Translations under genes and position numbers: made by a program
The notes under the pieces: model-generated
Seen by the model: the letters and a program-made list of their open reading frames with translations, nothing else
What the model was told of the DNA's origin: nothing
Database searches by the model: none
DNA from: Bacillus subtilis subsp. subtilis str. 168
GTDB lineage: Bacteria > Bacillota > Bacilli > Bacillales > Bacillaceae
Assembly (NCBI RefSeq): GCF_000009045.1
Contig: NC_000964.3
Location: 270,001-302,000 of the forward strand
Reading direction: 5' to 3'
DNA: 32,000 nucleotides
Part shown: positions 8,340 to 16,047 of the stretch, piece after piece
How positions within the stretch are numbered: the first letter of the stretch is position 1
Layout: every line of letters begins with the position of its first letter

Positions 8340-8364
8340 GATTTTGTAAAGGTTAGGTGAGGAG

Positions 8365-9057
8365 ATGCAGCGCATATTGCTTGTAGAAGACGACCACTCA
8401 ATCAGTGAAATGGTGGATCATTATTTAACAAAAGAAGGCTTTGGAATTGTGCATGCTTTCGACGGAGAAGAGGGCATCCGGCTGTTTCAGCAGGGTTCAT
8501 ACGATTTGGTCCTCCTTGATATCATGCTCCCGAAGCTGAACGGCATGGATTTTCTGAAAATCATCCGGGAAAAAAGCAATATACCGGTCTTAATGATTTC
8601 GGCAAAAGATGGAGATGTGGACAAGGCATTGGGACTGGGCTTTGGGGCGGATGATTATATCGCCAAACCGTTTTCGATGATTGAGCTGACAGCCCGAGTA
8701 AAAGCCGCGATACGGCGGGCGACGCAATATTCGGCAGAGGAGCCGGCTGTGAATAAGGTGATCCGGATTCACCAGCTTGCGATAGATATAGACAATGTTT
8801 CCGTTTTGAAAAACGGAGAGCCGCTCCAGCTGACGTCAACAGAATGGCAGCTGCTGTGCTTATTTGCATCAAATCCTAAAAAAGTGTTTACGAAAGAACA
8901 AATCTACCGTTCCGTTTGGAATGAAGAGTACTTTGATGATCAGAACATCATTAACGTACATATGCGGCGGCTCAGAGAAAAGATTGAGGATGACCCCTCC
9001 TCCCCTCAATATATTAAAACGTTATGGGGCATCGGTTATAAATTAGGAGAGTTTTAG
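8365..9057 (+). CDS. ycbL: OmpR/PhoB-family response regulator, 230 aa as drawn
   Basis: Track ORF. Receiver domain (ILLVEDD, DLVLLDIMLP, KP) plus a winged-helix output domain (LTSTEWQLL, WGIGYKL). SD GGTGAGGAG lies before the ATG. Confidence 0.9.
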   Translation: MQRILLVEDDHSISEMVDHYLTKEGFGIVHAFDGEEGIRLFQQGSYDLVLLDIMLPKLNGMDFLKIIREKSNIPVLMISAKDGDVDKALGLGFGADDYIAKPFSMIELTARVKAAIRRATQYSAEEPAVNKVIRIHQLAIDIDNVSVLKNGEPLQLTSTEWQLLCLFASNPKKVFTKEQIYRSVWNEEYFDDQNIINVHMRRLREKIEDDPSSPQYIKTLWGIGYKLGEF

Positions 9058-9058
9058 A

Positions 9059-9994
9059 ATGACAGTGCTATGGGTGGCCGCTGTCATCGCTCTGGCGTGT
9101 CTGAATGTGATTCAATTCATAATGAAAAAGAAGCGGGACGGGAATCTGGCTTACACGGCTGACCAGCTTAGCTACATGCTCAGCCGGGATTCGGCAGGAC
9201 AAATTTTGCTTCCTACAGACGATCATGCGCTCAAAGACTTGCTTGTTAACATCAATCTTATCGTTGAGAATCGTCAGCAGATCAGCGCCCAATTTGCCAA
9301 AACAGAGCAATCCATGAAGCGGATGCTGACCAATATGTCGCACGACCTGAAAACGCCGTTAACGGTCATTCTCGGTTATATTGAAGCCATTCAAAGTGAC
9401 CCGAACATGCCGGACGAAGAGCGGGAAAGATTGCTGGGGAAGCTCCGCCAGAAAACAAATGAACTTATTCAGATGATCAATTCCTTTTTTGATTTAGCGA
9501 AATTAGAATCTGAAGATAAAGAGATCCCGATCACCAAAGTACATATGAACGACATATGCAAACGAAATATCCTGCACTATTATGACGCTGTTCAGTCAAA
9601 AGGCTTTCAAGCAGCCATCGATATCCCCGATACGCCGGTGTATGCGCAGGCGAATGAAGAGGCTCTGGACAGAATCCTGCAAAACCTATTGTCCAATGCG
9701 ATTCAATATGGCGCGGCCGGCAAGTTAATCGGGCTGACGCTGTCTTATGATGAGAGGAACATCGCCATCACCGTATGGGATCGCGGAAAAGGGATTAGTG
9801 AAACCGATCAGCAGCGGGTGTTTGAGAGGCTGTACACACTGGAAGAATCCAGAAATAAAGCATTTCAAGGAAGCGGCTTGGGTTTAACCATCACAAAACG
9901 GCTTACAGAAAAAATGGGAGGCATCATATCCGTCCAAAGCAAGCCGTACGAACGGACTGCATTTACGATCACATTGAAACGCATGACATATTAA
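9059..9994 (+). CDS. ycbM: Histidine kinase with a single N-terminal TM helix and no evident sensing domain, 311 aa
   Basis: Track ORF. H-box MSHDLKTPLT, N-box LLSNAIQYG, G-boxes DRGKGI and GSGLGL. Only residues 1-22 are hydrophobic. Starts 1 nt after the ycbL stop. Confidence 0.9.
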   Translation: MTVLWVAAVIALACLNVIQFIMKKKRDGNLAYTADQLSYMLSRDSAGQILLPTDDHALKDLLVNINLIVENRQQISAQFAKTEQSMKRMLTNMSHDLKTPLTVILGYIEAIQSDPNMPDEERERLLGKLRQKTNELIQMINSFFDLAKLESEDKEIPITKVHMNDICKRNILHYYDAVQSKGFQAAIDIPDTPVYAQANEEALDRILQNLLSNAIQYGAAGKLIGLTLSYDERNIAITVWDRGKGISETDQQRVFERLYTLEESRNKAFQGSGLGLTITKRLTEKMGGIISVQSKPYERTAFTITLKRMTY

Positions 9995-10085
9995 TCGTAA
10001 GAATTTCTTAAGGTTTGAGAAATAAAAATGACAGGGCTCGCCGCTACAATAGAAAACAGGAAAAGAGAGGGAAGGAGAAACAAAG

Positions 10086-11009
10086 TTGACTTATATCGTA
10101 CAAACAAACGGGCTGACCAAAACATATCAGGGCAAAGAGGTCGTATCCAATGTCAGCATGCATATTAAAAAAGGTGAAATCTATGGCTTTCTCGGCCCGA
10201 ACGGCGCGGGGAAAACAACCATTATGAAAATGCTGACGAGCCTTGTCAAACCGACAAGCGGTGAAATCATCATCCTTGGGAACAAGTTCACCCACACGTC
10301 ATATGAGGTGCTGGGGAACATCGGCAGCATGATTGAATATCCGATTTTTTATGAAAACCTGACAGCTGAAGAAAATTTAGATCTGCATTGTGAATATATG
10401 GGATACCACAATAAAAAAGCCATACAAGAAGTGCTGGATATGGTGAATTTAAAACAAATCGACAAAAAACCCGTCAAAACCTTTTCCCTCGGGATGAAGC
10501 AGCGCCTTGGAATTGCGCGTGCCATCCTCACGAAGCCGGACCTGCTTATTCTGGATGAGCCGGTGAATGGTCTTGACCCTCTCGGCATTAAAAAGATCAG
10601 GCAATTGTTTCAAGTGCTGAGCAAAGAGTACGGGATGACGCTGCTGATCTCAAGCCACCTGCTGGGTGAAATCGAACAAATCGCGGACACAATCGGCGTC
10701 ATTCGGGACGGCAGGCTGCTTGAAGAGGTATCAATGGAGGATGTCAGGGGCCAGAACACTGAATACATCGAGCTTGTCACGCCGAATCAGACAAGGGCCT
10801 GCTTTGTGCTGGAGAAAGAGCTGCAATTAACCAACTTTAAAATATTAAATGAGAAAACGATTCGAATTTACGAGGCTGAAGCCTCTCAGGCTGCCATATC
10901 CAAAGCATTGATTTTAAATGATGTAGACATTGAATCAATGAACAAAAAGTATACGTCGCTGGAGGATTATTTTATCAAATTGATCAACGGCAATAGCATC
11001 AGTGCGTAA
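10086..11009 (+). CDS. ycbN: ABC transporter ATP-binding protein (bacitracin/lantibiotic-immunity type), 307 aa
   Basis: TTG start after SD GGGAAGGAGAAA. Walker A GPNGAGKTT, signature LGMKQRL, Walker B LLILDEP. Confidence 0.9.
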   Translation: MTYIVQTNGLTKTYQGKEVVSNVSMHIKKGEIYGFLGPNGAGKTTIMKMLTSLVKPTSGEIIILGNKFTHTSYEVLGNIGSMIEYPIFYENLTAEENLDLHCEYMGYHNKKAIQEVLDMVNLKQIDKKPVKTFSLGMKQRLGIARAILTKPDLLILDEPVNGLDPLGIKKIRQLFQVLSKEYGMTLLISSHLLGEIEQIADTIGVIRDGRLLEEVSMEDVRGQNTEYIELVTPNQTRACFVLEKELQLTNFKILNEKTIRIYEAEASQAAISKALILNDVDIESMNKKYTSLEDYFIKLINGNSISA

Positions 11010-11027
11010 AGGAGGAGAGACACGTTG

Positions 11028-11714
11028 ATGAATTTGATCAGAATCGAATTAAGAAAAATGAAAATGGGCTGGTATATCAGAGGTGCCCTCATTGCCAACG
11101 TGATCATTATGGGTTTTATGTGGCTGATCAGTTATTCCGAAAAAGCCGATGGCGGGGTTTCGTTCCAAAGTACGGATGAAGCATTCCTCATCATCGGCAC
11201 CTTCGTCAGAGCGGTATTTATCGTATTTGGCGCTGTGCTGATCGTAAAATTGGTGATTTCGGAATATAAAAACAAAACCATTCTTGTGATGTTCACGTAC
11301 CCGATCAGCCGTAAAAAGCTGCTCACCGCTAAGCTCATGATCGCGGGCGGACTGACGTTTATCACGATTTTACTTTCAAATATACTCATAGCCGCCGGTT
11401 TCTTTTGGCTGAACTCGATCTGCCATTTCATACCGGGAGAGCTTACTTCCGAGATCATTTCTCAACAGGCGGTCAAAATGGCGGTTTTCGCTTTTGGCGC
11501 CGCTGGAACCAGTTTAGTTCCCATCTTTTTTGGGATGCGTAGACACTCGGTTCCGGCGACCATCATTTCATCTGTAGTAATTGTGATGCTCATCAGCTCA
11601 ACAAGTCCGGGCTTCTCGATTTCATCTGTTGTGTATATCCCGTTATCGTTAGCGGCATTCGGTTTGTTCTTTTCCTACATGGCGATCAGGAATGCGGACA
11701 AGCAGGATGCGTAA
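11028..11714 (+). CDS. ycbO: ABC-2 type membrane permease partner of YcbN, 228 aa
   Basis: The track ORF starts at TTG 11025. The adjacent ATG 11028 is equally compatible with SD AAAGGAGGA (11008-11016). Six hydrophobic spans. The start is uncertain by one codon. Confidence 0.85.
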   Translation: MNLIRIELRKMKMGWYIRGALIANVIIMGFMWLISYSEKADGGVSFQSTDEAFLIIGTFVRAVFIVFGAVLIVKLVISEYKNKTILVMFTYPISRKKLLTAKLMIAGGLTFITILLSNILIAAGFFWLNSICHFIPGELTSEIISQQAVKMAVFAFGAAGTSLVPIFFGMRRHSVPATIISSVVIVMLISSTSPGFSISSVVYIPLSLAAFGLFFSYMAIRNADKQDA

Positions 11715-11734
11715 ACAAAGGCGCCCAATATGTA

Positions 11735-11765
11735 TAAAAGGCCGATGCTGTCAGCACCGGCCTTT
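11735..11765. terminator. Bidirectional terminator between convergent ycbO and ycbP
   Basis: AAAAGGCCGaTGCTG...CAGCAcCGGCCTTT hairpin, flanked by an A-run on one side and T residues on the other. Confidence 0.7.
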
Positions 11766-11768
11766 CCA

Positions 11769-12155
11769 TTATGAGTCTGTTCTTGTTTCAAGATAATGCT
11801 TCTTGCCAATCTCTTTGCTCATCATATAGAAATGGAAGCAATATTCACCGATTGCCATGACGATCGCGCCGAATAAAGCCGCCAATGCAACTTCACCGCC
11901 AGTCATCCCCATAGAAAGCGGCATGCCCATCAGCCAGATCACGAGAAAGGCCAAACCAAAATCAGCCAAAGTTGCAATCATATTATTCCATTTCGGCAAT
12001 ACATAAAGATCGCCCAGCAAATAAGAAATAACCCCTAACACAATCGTCATTAGCAGCGTATCACCAAACGTGAAACCAAAGCCCAGACCAAGCACCAGAT
12101 ACAACACAATAATCGTCATAATACCTTTAATAGCGAGCGCTTTCACATGTGTCAT
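11769..12155 (-). CDS. ycbP: Small integral membrane protein (four hydrophobic spans), 128 aa
   Basis: The track ORF extends to 12176, but the SD AAAGGAGGAA lies inside that extension. The ATG at 12155 follows it by 7 nt and gives 128 aa. Confidence 0.82.
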
Positions 12156-12192
12156 TACAATTCCTCCTTTTGTCATTTGATTTGTTATGTAT

Positions 12193-12218
12193 AATTCCTC
12201 AAATGTAAAAAGTTAAAC
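12193..12218 (-). promoter_or_regulatory. Candidate SigB-type promoter for ycbP
   Basis: The minus strand reads GTTTAA (complement of 12213-12218), a 14-nt spacer, then GGAATT (complement of 12193-12198). The SigB consensus is GTTTAA-N12-15-GGG(A/T)A(A/T). Confidence 0.45.
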
Positions 12219-12468
12219 CTTATTTCTTTTCGGAGGCGGGTGCAAATCTGCTGGGGAGAGGTCAATGATGTGAATCCAGGAATTGAGGCTGCGGCGCTTC
12301 GACAGCGGAAACGTGAAGCTTGTACTGCACCGGACGCTGCTTTGATGCCCAACAGCCCATTATGTTTGCTGTTTTTAGATGAATAAATTTAAAAACTTCT
12401 CCTGTCCCTCCGTCATCACTTCTGAAGTAATGAAATATGATGAAAAGAGATCAAGGGGAGGTGACGTG

Positions 12469-12897
12469 ATGGCGGTCGTGAGAGCAACGAGTGCGGATGT
12501 CGATTTGATGGCAAGGCTGCTCAGAGCGGAAGCGGAAGGCGAAGGCAAGCAGGGGATGCTGCTTGTCGGCAACGTTGGAATTAATCGGCTGCGGGCGAAT
12601 TGCTCAGATTTTAAAGGCCTCCGCACCATCAGGCAGATGATTTATCAGCCACACGCGTTTGAGGCTGTGACTCATGGATATTTTTATCAAAGGGCGCGAG
12701 ATAGCGAGCGTGCCCTTGCACGCCGGTCGATTAATGGTGAAAGGCGCTGGCCTGCAAAATTTAGTTTATGGTACTTCAGGCCGCAGGGGGACTGTCCAGC
12801 CCAGTGGTATAACCAGCCGTTTGTGGCCAGATTTAAGTCACACTGCTTTTATCAGCCGACGGCGGAGACGTGTGAAAATGTATATAACACATTTTAG
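12469..12897 (+). CDS. cwlJ: Spore cortex-lytic enzyme CwlJ (SleB/CwlJ hydrolase_2 family), 142 aa
   Basis: The track ORF starts at 12379. The ATG at 12469 follows SD AGGGGAGGTGA and gives MAVVRATSADVDLMARLLRAEAEGEG..., which I recognise as CwlJ. Confidence 0.92.
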   Translation: MAVVRATSADVDLMARLLRAEAEGEGKQGMLLVGNVGINRLRANCSDFKGLRTIRQMIYQPHAFEAVTHGYFYQRARDSERALARRSINGERRWPAKFSLWYFRPQGDCPAQWYNQPFVARFKSHCFYQPTAETCENVYNTF

Positions 12898-12904
12898 AGA
12901 CAGG

Positions 12905-12935
12905 ACACCGTTCAAATTGAACGGTGTTTTTCTTT
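12905..12935 (+). terminator. Intrinsic terminator after cwlJ
   Basis: ACACCGTTCA (12905-12914) pairs with TGAACGGTGT (12918-12927), followed by TTTTTCTTT. Confidence 0.85.
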
Positions 12936-13002
12936 GAAAAGATGCAATGCAAAATATTCCTGTGAGATAATCAAAGAAAAAAGAGCTGACGGAGATGACA
13001 GA

Positions 13003-13734
13003 ATGGCAACAATTGACCTGCAAAAGAAAAGTGTAAAGATCGTACTGGAGAAAAAGCAGTTAACGAAGGTGACGGCTCGTGTTGGACTGGTTCTTGATAT
13101 TACGGGATCGATGAGACCGCTCTACAAAAACGGGACGGTTCAAAATGTGGTGGAGCGGATTTTGGCAGTGGCTGATCAGTTTGATGATAACGGTTTGCTG
13201 GATGTATGGGTGTATGATAATGAATTTTCCCGATTAAAGCCAGTTTCAGAAAAGGATTTTTCGGGCTATGTCGATCGTGAAATTTTAAATAATGACCGCT
13301 TGCATAAATTCGGCAGAAATGATGAGCCGCCAGTCATGAAGGACGTGCTGCGCAAATATGTTACGGAGGAACCGAGCTCGTATCCTGCTTTCATTGTTTT
13401 TATCAATGACGGGGGCTGTAAAAAGTCAATCAAACCGATAATTGAAGCTTCTTCTGATAAACCGGTGTTCTGGCAGTTTGTCGGCATCGGAAACGGAAAC
13501 TTTGATTTTCTCAATAAACTGGATACGTTAGAAGGGCGTGTCATTGATAACACGAACTTCCTGCATATCGAAGAGATTGACCGCATTTCTGATGATGAGC
13601 TTTATGATGCTCTGCTTGCTGAATTTCCATTTTGGCTGAAAGAAGCGAAGGAAAAAGGGATTGTAAGAGAACAAGAGCCTCCTGCTGAAAAGCCGAAAAA
13701 GAAGGGCTTTTTCAGCAGATTGTTTTCGAAATAA
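13003..13734 (+). CDS. ycbR: von Willebrand factor A (vWA, TerF-C-like) domain protein with a basic amphipathic C-terminal tail, 243 aa
   Basis: The track ORF start 12934 overlaps the cwlJ terminator. The ATG at 13003 follows GGAGA. MIDAS-like DITGSM motif; C-terminus KKKGFFSRLFSK. Confidence 0.85.
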   Translation: MATIDLQKKSVKIVLEKKQLTKVTARVGLVLDITGSMRPLYKNGTVQNVVERILAVADQFDDNGLLDVWVYDNEFSRLKPVSEKDFSGYVDREILNNDRLHKFGRNDEPPVMKDVLRKYVTEEPSSYPAFIVFINDGGCKKSIKPIIEASSDKPVFWQFVGIGNGNFDFLNKLDTLEGRVIDNTNFLHIEEIDRISDDELYDALLAEFPFWLKEAKEKGIVREQEPPAEKPKKKGFFSRLFSK

Positions 13735-13743
13735 CTGATAAAG

Positions 13744-13788
13744 AGCACTGAGTCATTCTGCGAAATGGCTCGGTGTTTTTGTTTTTTT
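13744..13788 (+). terminator. Intrinsic terminator after ycbR
   Basis: A stem of about 14 bp (13744-13757 with 13764-13777, including G-U pairs) is followed by TTTTTGTTTTTTT. Confidence 0.75.
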
Positions 13789-13925
13789 AAGATCATGTGA
13801 AGAAAAATAGGCCGAATGGGCGGCTTGCAAACGACAGGATATGCAGAAAACGCGTCATTCAGCCAGCTTTCGGCATGTTTCAGCAGCAGGCTTGTGAGGG
13901 AAGACCTGTTTTTAATGTTCAGCGC

Positions 13926-13977
13926 TTACAATCAGTTCACACTTCTTCACAGTCGTTTAACAATGATTTCCTATAAT
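13926..13977 (+). promoter_or_regulatory. PhoP-dependent phoD promoter: four Pho-box direct repeats plus the -10 element
   Basis: TTACAA 13926, TTCACA 13936, TTCACA 13946 and TTAACA 13957 (consensus TT(A/T/C)ACA, 10-11 bp phasing) replace a -35 element. TATAAT lies at 13972-13977. Confidence 0.8.
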
Positions 13978-14010
13978 GGAGACGATCAATGAGGAGAGAG
14001 GGGATCTTGA

Positions 14011-15762
14011 ATGGCATACGACAGTCGTTTTGATGAATGGGTACAGAAACTGAAAGAGGAAAGCTTTCAAAACAATACGTTTGACCGCCGCAAATTTATT
14101 CAAGGAGCGGGGAAGATTGCAGGACTTTCTCTTGGATTAACGATTGCCCAGTCGGTTGGGGCCTTTGAAGTAAATGCTGCGCCTAACTTCTCAAGCTATC
14201 CGTTTACATTAGGGGTAGCGTCAGGTGATCCGCTTTCTGACAGTGTCGTGCTTTGGACACGTCTGGCACCAGATCCGCTGAATGGCGGGGGAATGCCGAA
14301 GCAAGCAGTGCCTGTCAAATGGGAGGTCGCAAAGGATGAGCATTTCCGCAAAATCGTAAGAAAAGGCACTGAAATGGCTAAACCAAGTCTTGCCCATTCC
14401 GTTCATGTGGAAGCGGACGGGCTTGAGCCAAACAAAGTGTACTATTACCGTTTCAAAACCGGCCATGAACTAAGCCCTGTCGGAAAAACAAAAACACTGC
14501 CTGCCCCTGGCGCCAATGTGCCGCAAATGACCTTTGCATTTGCTTCCTGCCAGCAATATGAGCACGGATATTATACGGCCTACAAGCATATGGCAAAGGA
14601 AAAGCTTGATCTTGTCTTCCATCTCGGTGATTACATATATGAATACGGCCCAAATGAATATGTATCAAAAACAGGCAATGTCCGCACGCACAACAGCGCG
14701 GAAATCATTACGCTGCAAGACTATCGGAACCGTCACGCTCAATACCGTTCTGACGCCAATCTTAAAGCTGCACATGCGGCATTCCCTTGGGTTGTAACTT
14801 GGGATGACCATGAAGTTGAAAACAACTATGCCAATAAAATACCTGAAAAAGGACAGTCGGTTGAAGCATTCGTGCTCCGCCGCGCGGCAGCATACCAGGC
14901 ATACTATGAACATATGCCGCTCCGCATTTCCTCTTTGCCGAATGGCCCAGATATGCAGCTGTACCGGCACTTTACGTACGGAAACCTGGCGTCCTTCAAT
15001 GTGCTTGATACCCGCCAGTACAGGGACGACCAAGCCAATAACGACGGCAATAAGCCGCCTTCTGATGAATCGCGCAATCCGAATCGGACTCTGCTTGGAA
15101 AAGAACAGGAGCAGTGGCTCTTCAACAATTTGGGCAGCTCGACAGCCCACTGGAATGTGCTGGCGCAGCAGATTTTCTTTGCCAAGTGGAATTTCGGGAC
15201 AAGCGCAAGCCCGATCTACAGCATGGATTCGTGGGACGGCTACCCGGCTCAGCGCGAACGGGTTATCAATTTCATTAAAAGCAAAAATCTGAATAATGTT
15301 GTCGTACTGACAGGTGATGTACACGCAAGCTGGGCATCGAATTTGCATGTCGATTTCGAGAAGACAAGTTCAAAAATATTCGGAGCCGAATTTGTTGGAA
15401 CCTCGATCACTTCCGGAGGGAACGGAGCGGATAAGCGAGCGGATACGGACCAAATTTTAAAAGAAAATCCGCACATCCAGTTCTTTAACGACTATCGCGG
15501 ATATGTCCGCTGTACAGTGACGCCTCACCAGTGGAAAGCCGATTATCGGGTGATGCCATTTGTGACCGAGCCGGGCGCAGCCATTTCCACGCGGGCTTCA
15601 TTCGTTTACCAGAAAGACCAAACCGGGTTGAGAAAGGTATCATCCACAACAATCCAAGGCGGGGTGAAGCAATCCGATGAGGTCGAAGAGGATCGTTTCT
15701 TTTCGCACAACAAAGCCCACGAAAAACAAATGATTAAGAAGCGTGCAAAAATCACGAATTAA
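14011..15762 (+). CDS. phoD: Tat-secreted alkaline phosphodiesterase/phosphatase PhoD, 583 aa
   Basis: Track ORF. Long twin-arginine signal peptide (DRRKFIQGAGKIAGLSLGL...AFEVNA). PhoD-like metallophosphatase motifs (HLGDYIYE, WDDHEVENN, GDVHAS). Confidence 0.95.
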   Translation: MAYDSRFDEWVQKLKEESFQNNTFDRRKFIQGAGKIAGLSLGLTIAQSVGAFEVNAAPNFSSYPFTLGVASGDPLSDSVVLWTRLAPDPLNGGGMPKQAVPVKWEVAKDEHFRKIVRKGTEMAKPSLAHSVHVEADGLEPNKVYYYRFKTGHELSPVGKTKTLPAPGANVPQMTFAFASCQQYEHGYYTAYKHMAKEKLDLVFHLGDYIYEYGPNEYVSKTGNVRTHNSAEIITLQDYRNRHAQYRSDANLKAAHAAFPWVVTWDDHEVENNYANKIPEKGQSVEAFVLRRAAAYQAYYEHMPLRISSLPNGPDMQLYRHFTYGNLASFNVLDTRQYRDDQANNDGNKPPSDESRNPNRTLLGKEQEQWLFNNLGSSTAHWNVLAQQIFFAKWNFGTSASPIYSMDSWDGYPAQRERVINFIKSKNLNNVVVLTGDVHASWASNLHVDFEKTSSKIFGAEFVGTSITSGGNGADKRADTDQILKENPHIQFFNDYRGYVRCTVTPHQWKADYRVMPFVTEPGAAISTRASFVYQKDQTGLRKVSSTTIQGGVKQSDEVEEDRFFSHNKAHEKQMIKKRAKITN

Positions 15763-15774
15763 GGAGTGGAAATT

Positions 15775-15987
15775 ATGTTTTCAAACATTGGAATACCGGG
15801 CTTGATTCTCATCTTCGTCATCGCCCTCATTATTTTTGGCCCTTCCAAGCTGCCGGAAATCGGGCGTGCCGCCGGACGGACACTGCTGGAATTTAAAAGC
15901 GCCACAAAATCACTTGTGTCTGGTGATGAAAAAGAAGAGAAATCAGCTGAGCTGACAGCGGTAAAGCAGGACAAAAACGCGGGCTGA
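15775..15987 (+). CDS. tatAd: Twin-arginine translocase subunit TatAd, 70 aa
   Basis: The ATG at 15775 follows SD AAGGAGTGG; the track start 15766 lies inside the [34 protein letters not shown] is the canonical TatA TM plus hinge. Confidence 0.93.
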
Positions 15988-15995
15988 ATGCTGAT

Positions 15996-16026
15996 GAGGC
16001 AGACACCGGGTCTGCCTCTTTTTTTA
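15996..16026 (+). terminator. Strong terminator-like hairpin inside the operon, between tatAd and tatCd
   Basis: GAGGCAGAC (15996-16004) pairs with GTCTGCCTC (16010-16018): 9 perfect bp, a 5-nt loop, then T8 (16019-16026). Confidence 0.7.
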
Positions 16027-16047
16027 TGAAAGGGAGGGCTTTTTTGA

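Noticed and set aside
9975-9999. SigW-like ECF promoter motif TGAAAC-N15-CGTA at the 3' end of ycbM, upstream of ycbN.
   Set aside because: The spacer is 15 nt, whereas the SigW-type promoters I recall use 16 nt, and ECF sigma factors are intolerant of spacer changes. The -10 also lacks the extended CGTATA.
13840-13900. Small ORFs in the ycbR-phoD spacer: an 18-codon ORF on the plus strand beginning ATGCAGAAAACG, and a 21-codon ORF on the minus strand.
   Set aside because: Neither has an SD-like sequence, and nothing suggests coding potential.
13917-13931. cre-like half-palindrome TGTTCAGCGCTTACA overlapping the first Pho box of phoD.
   Set aside because: Only the right half (GCGCTTACA) matches cre. 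The left half is out of register by one base. The TTACA is already explained as a PhoP box.
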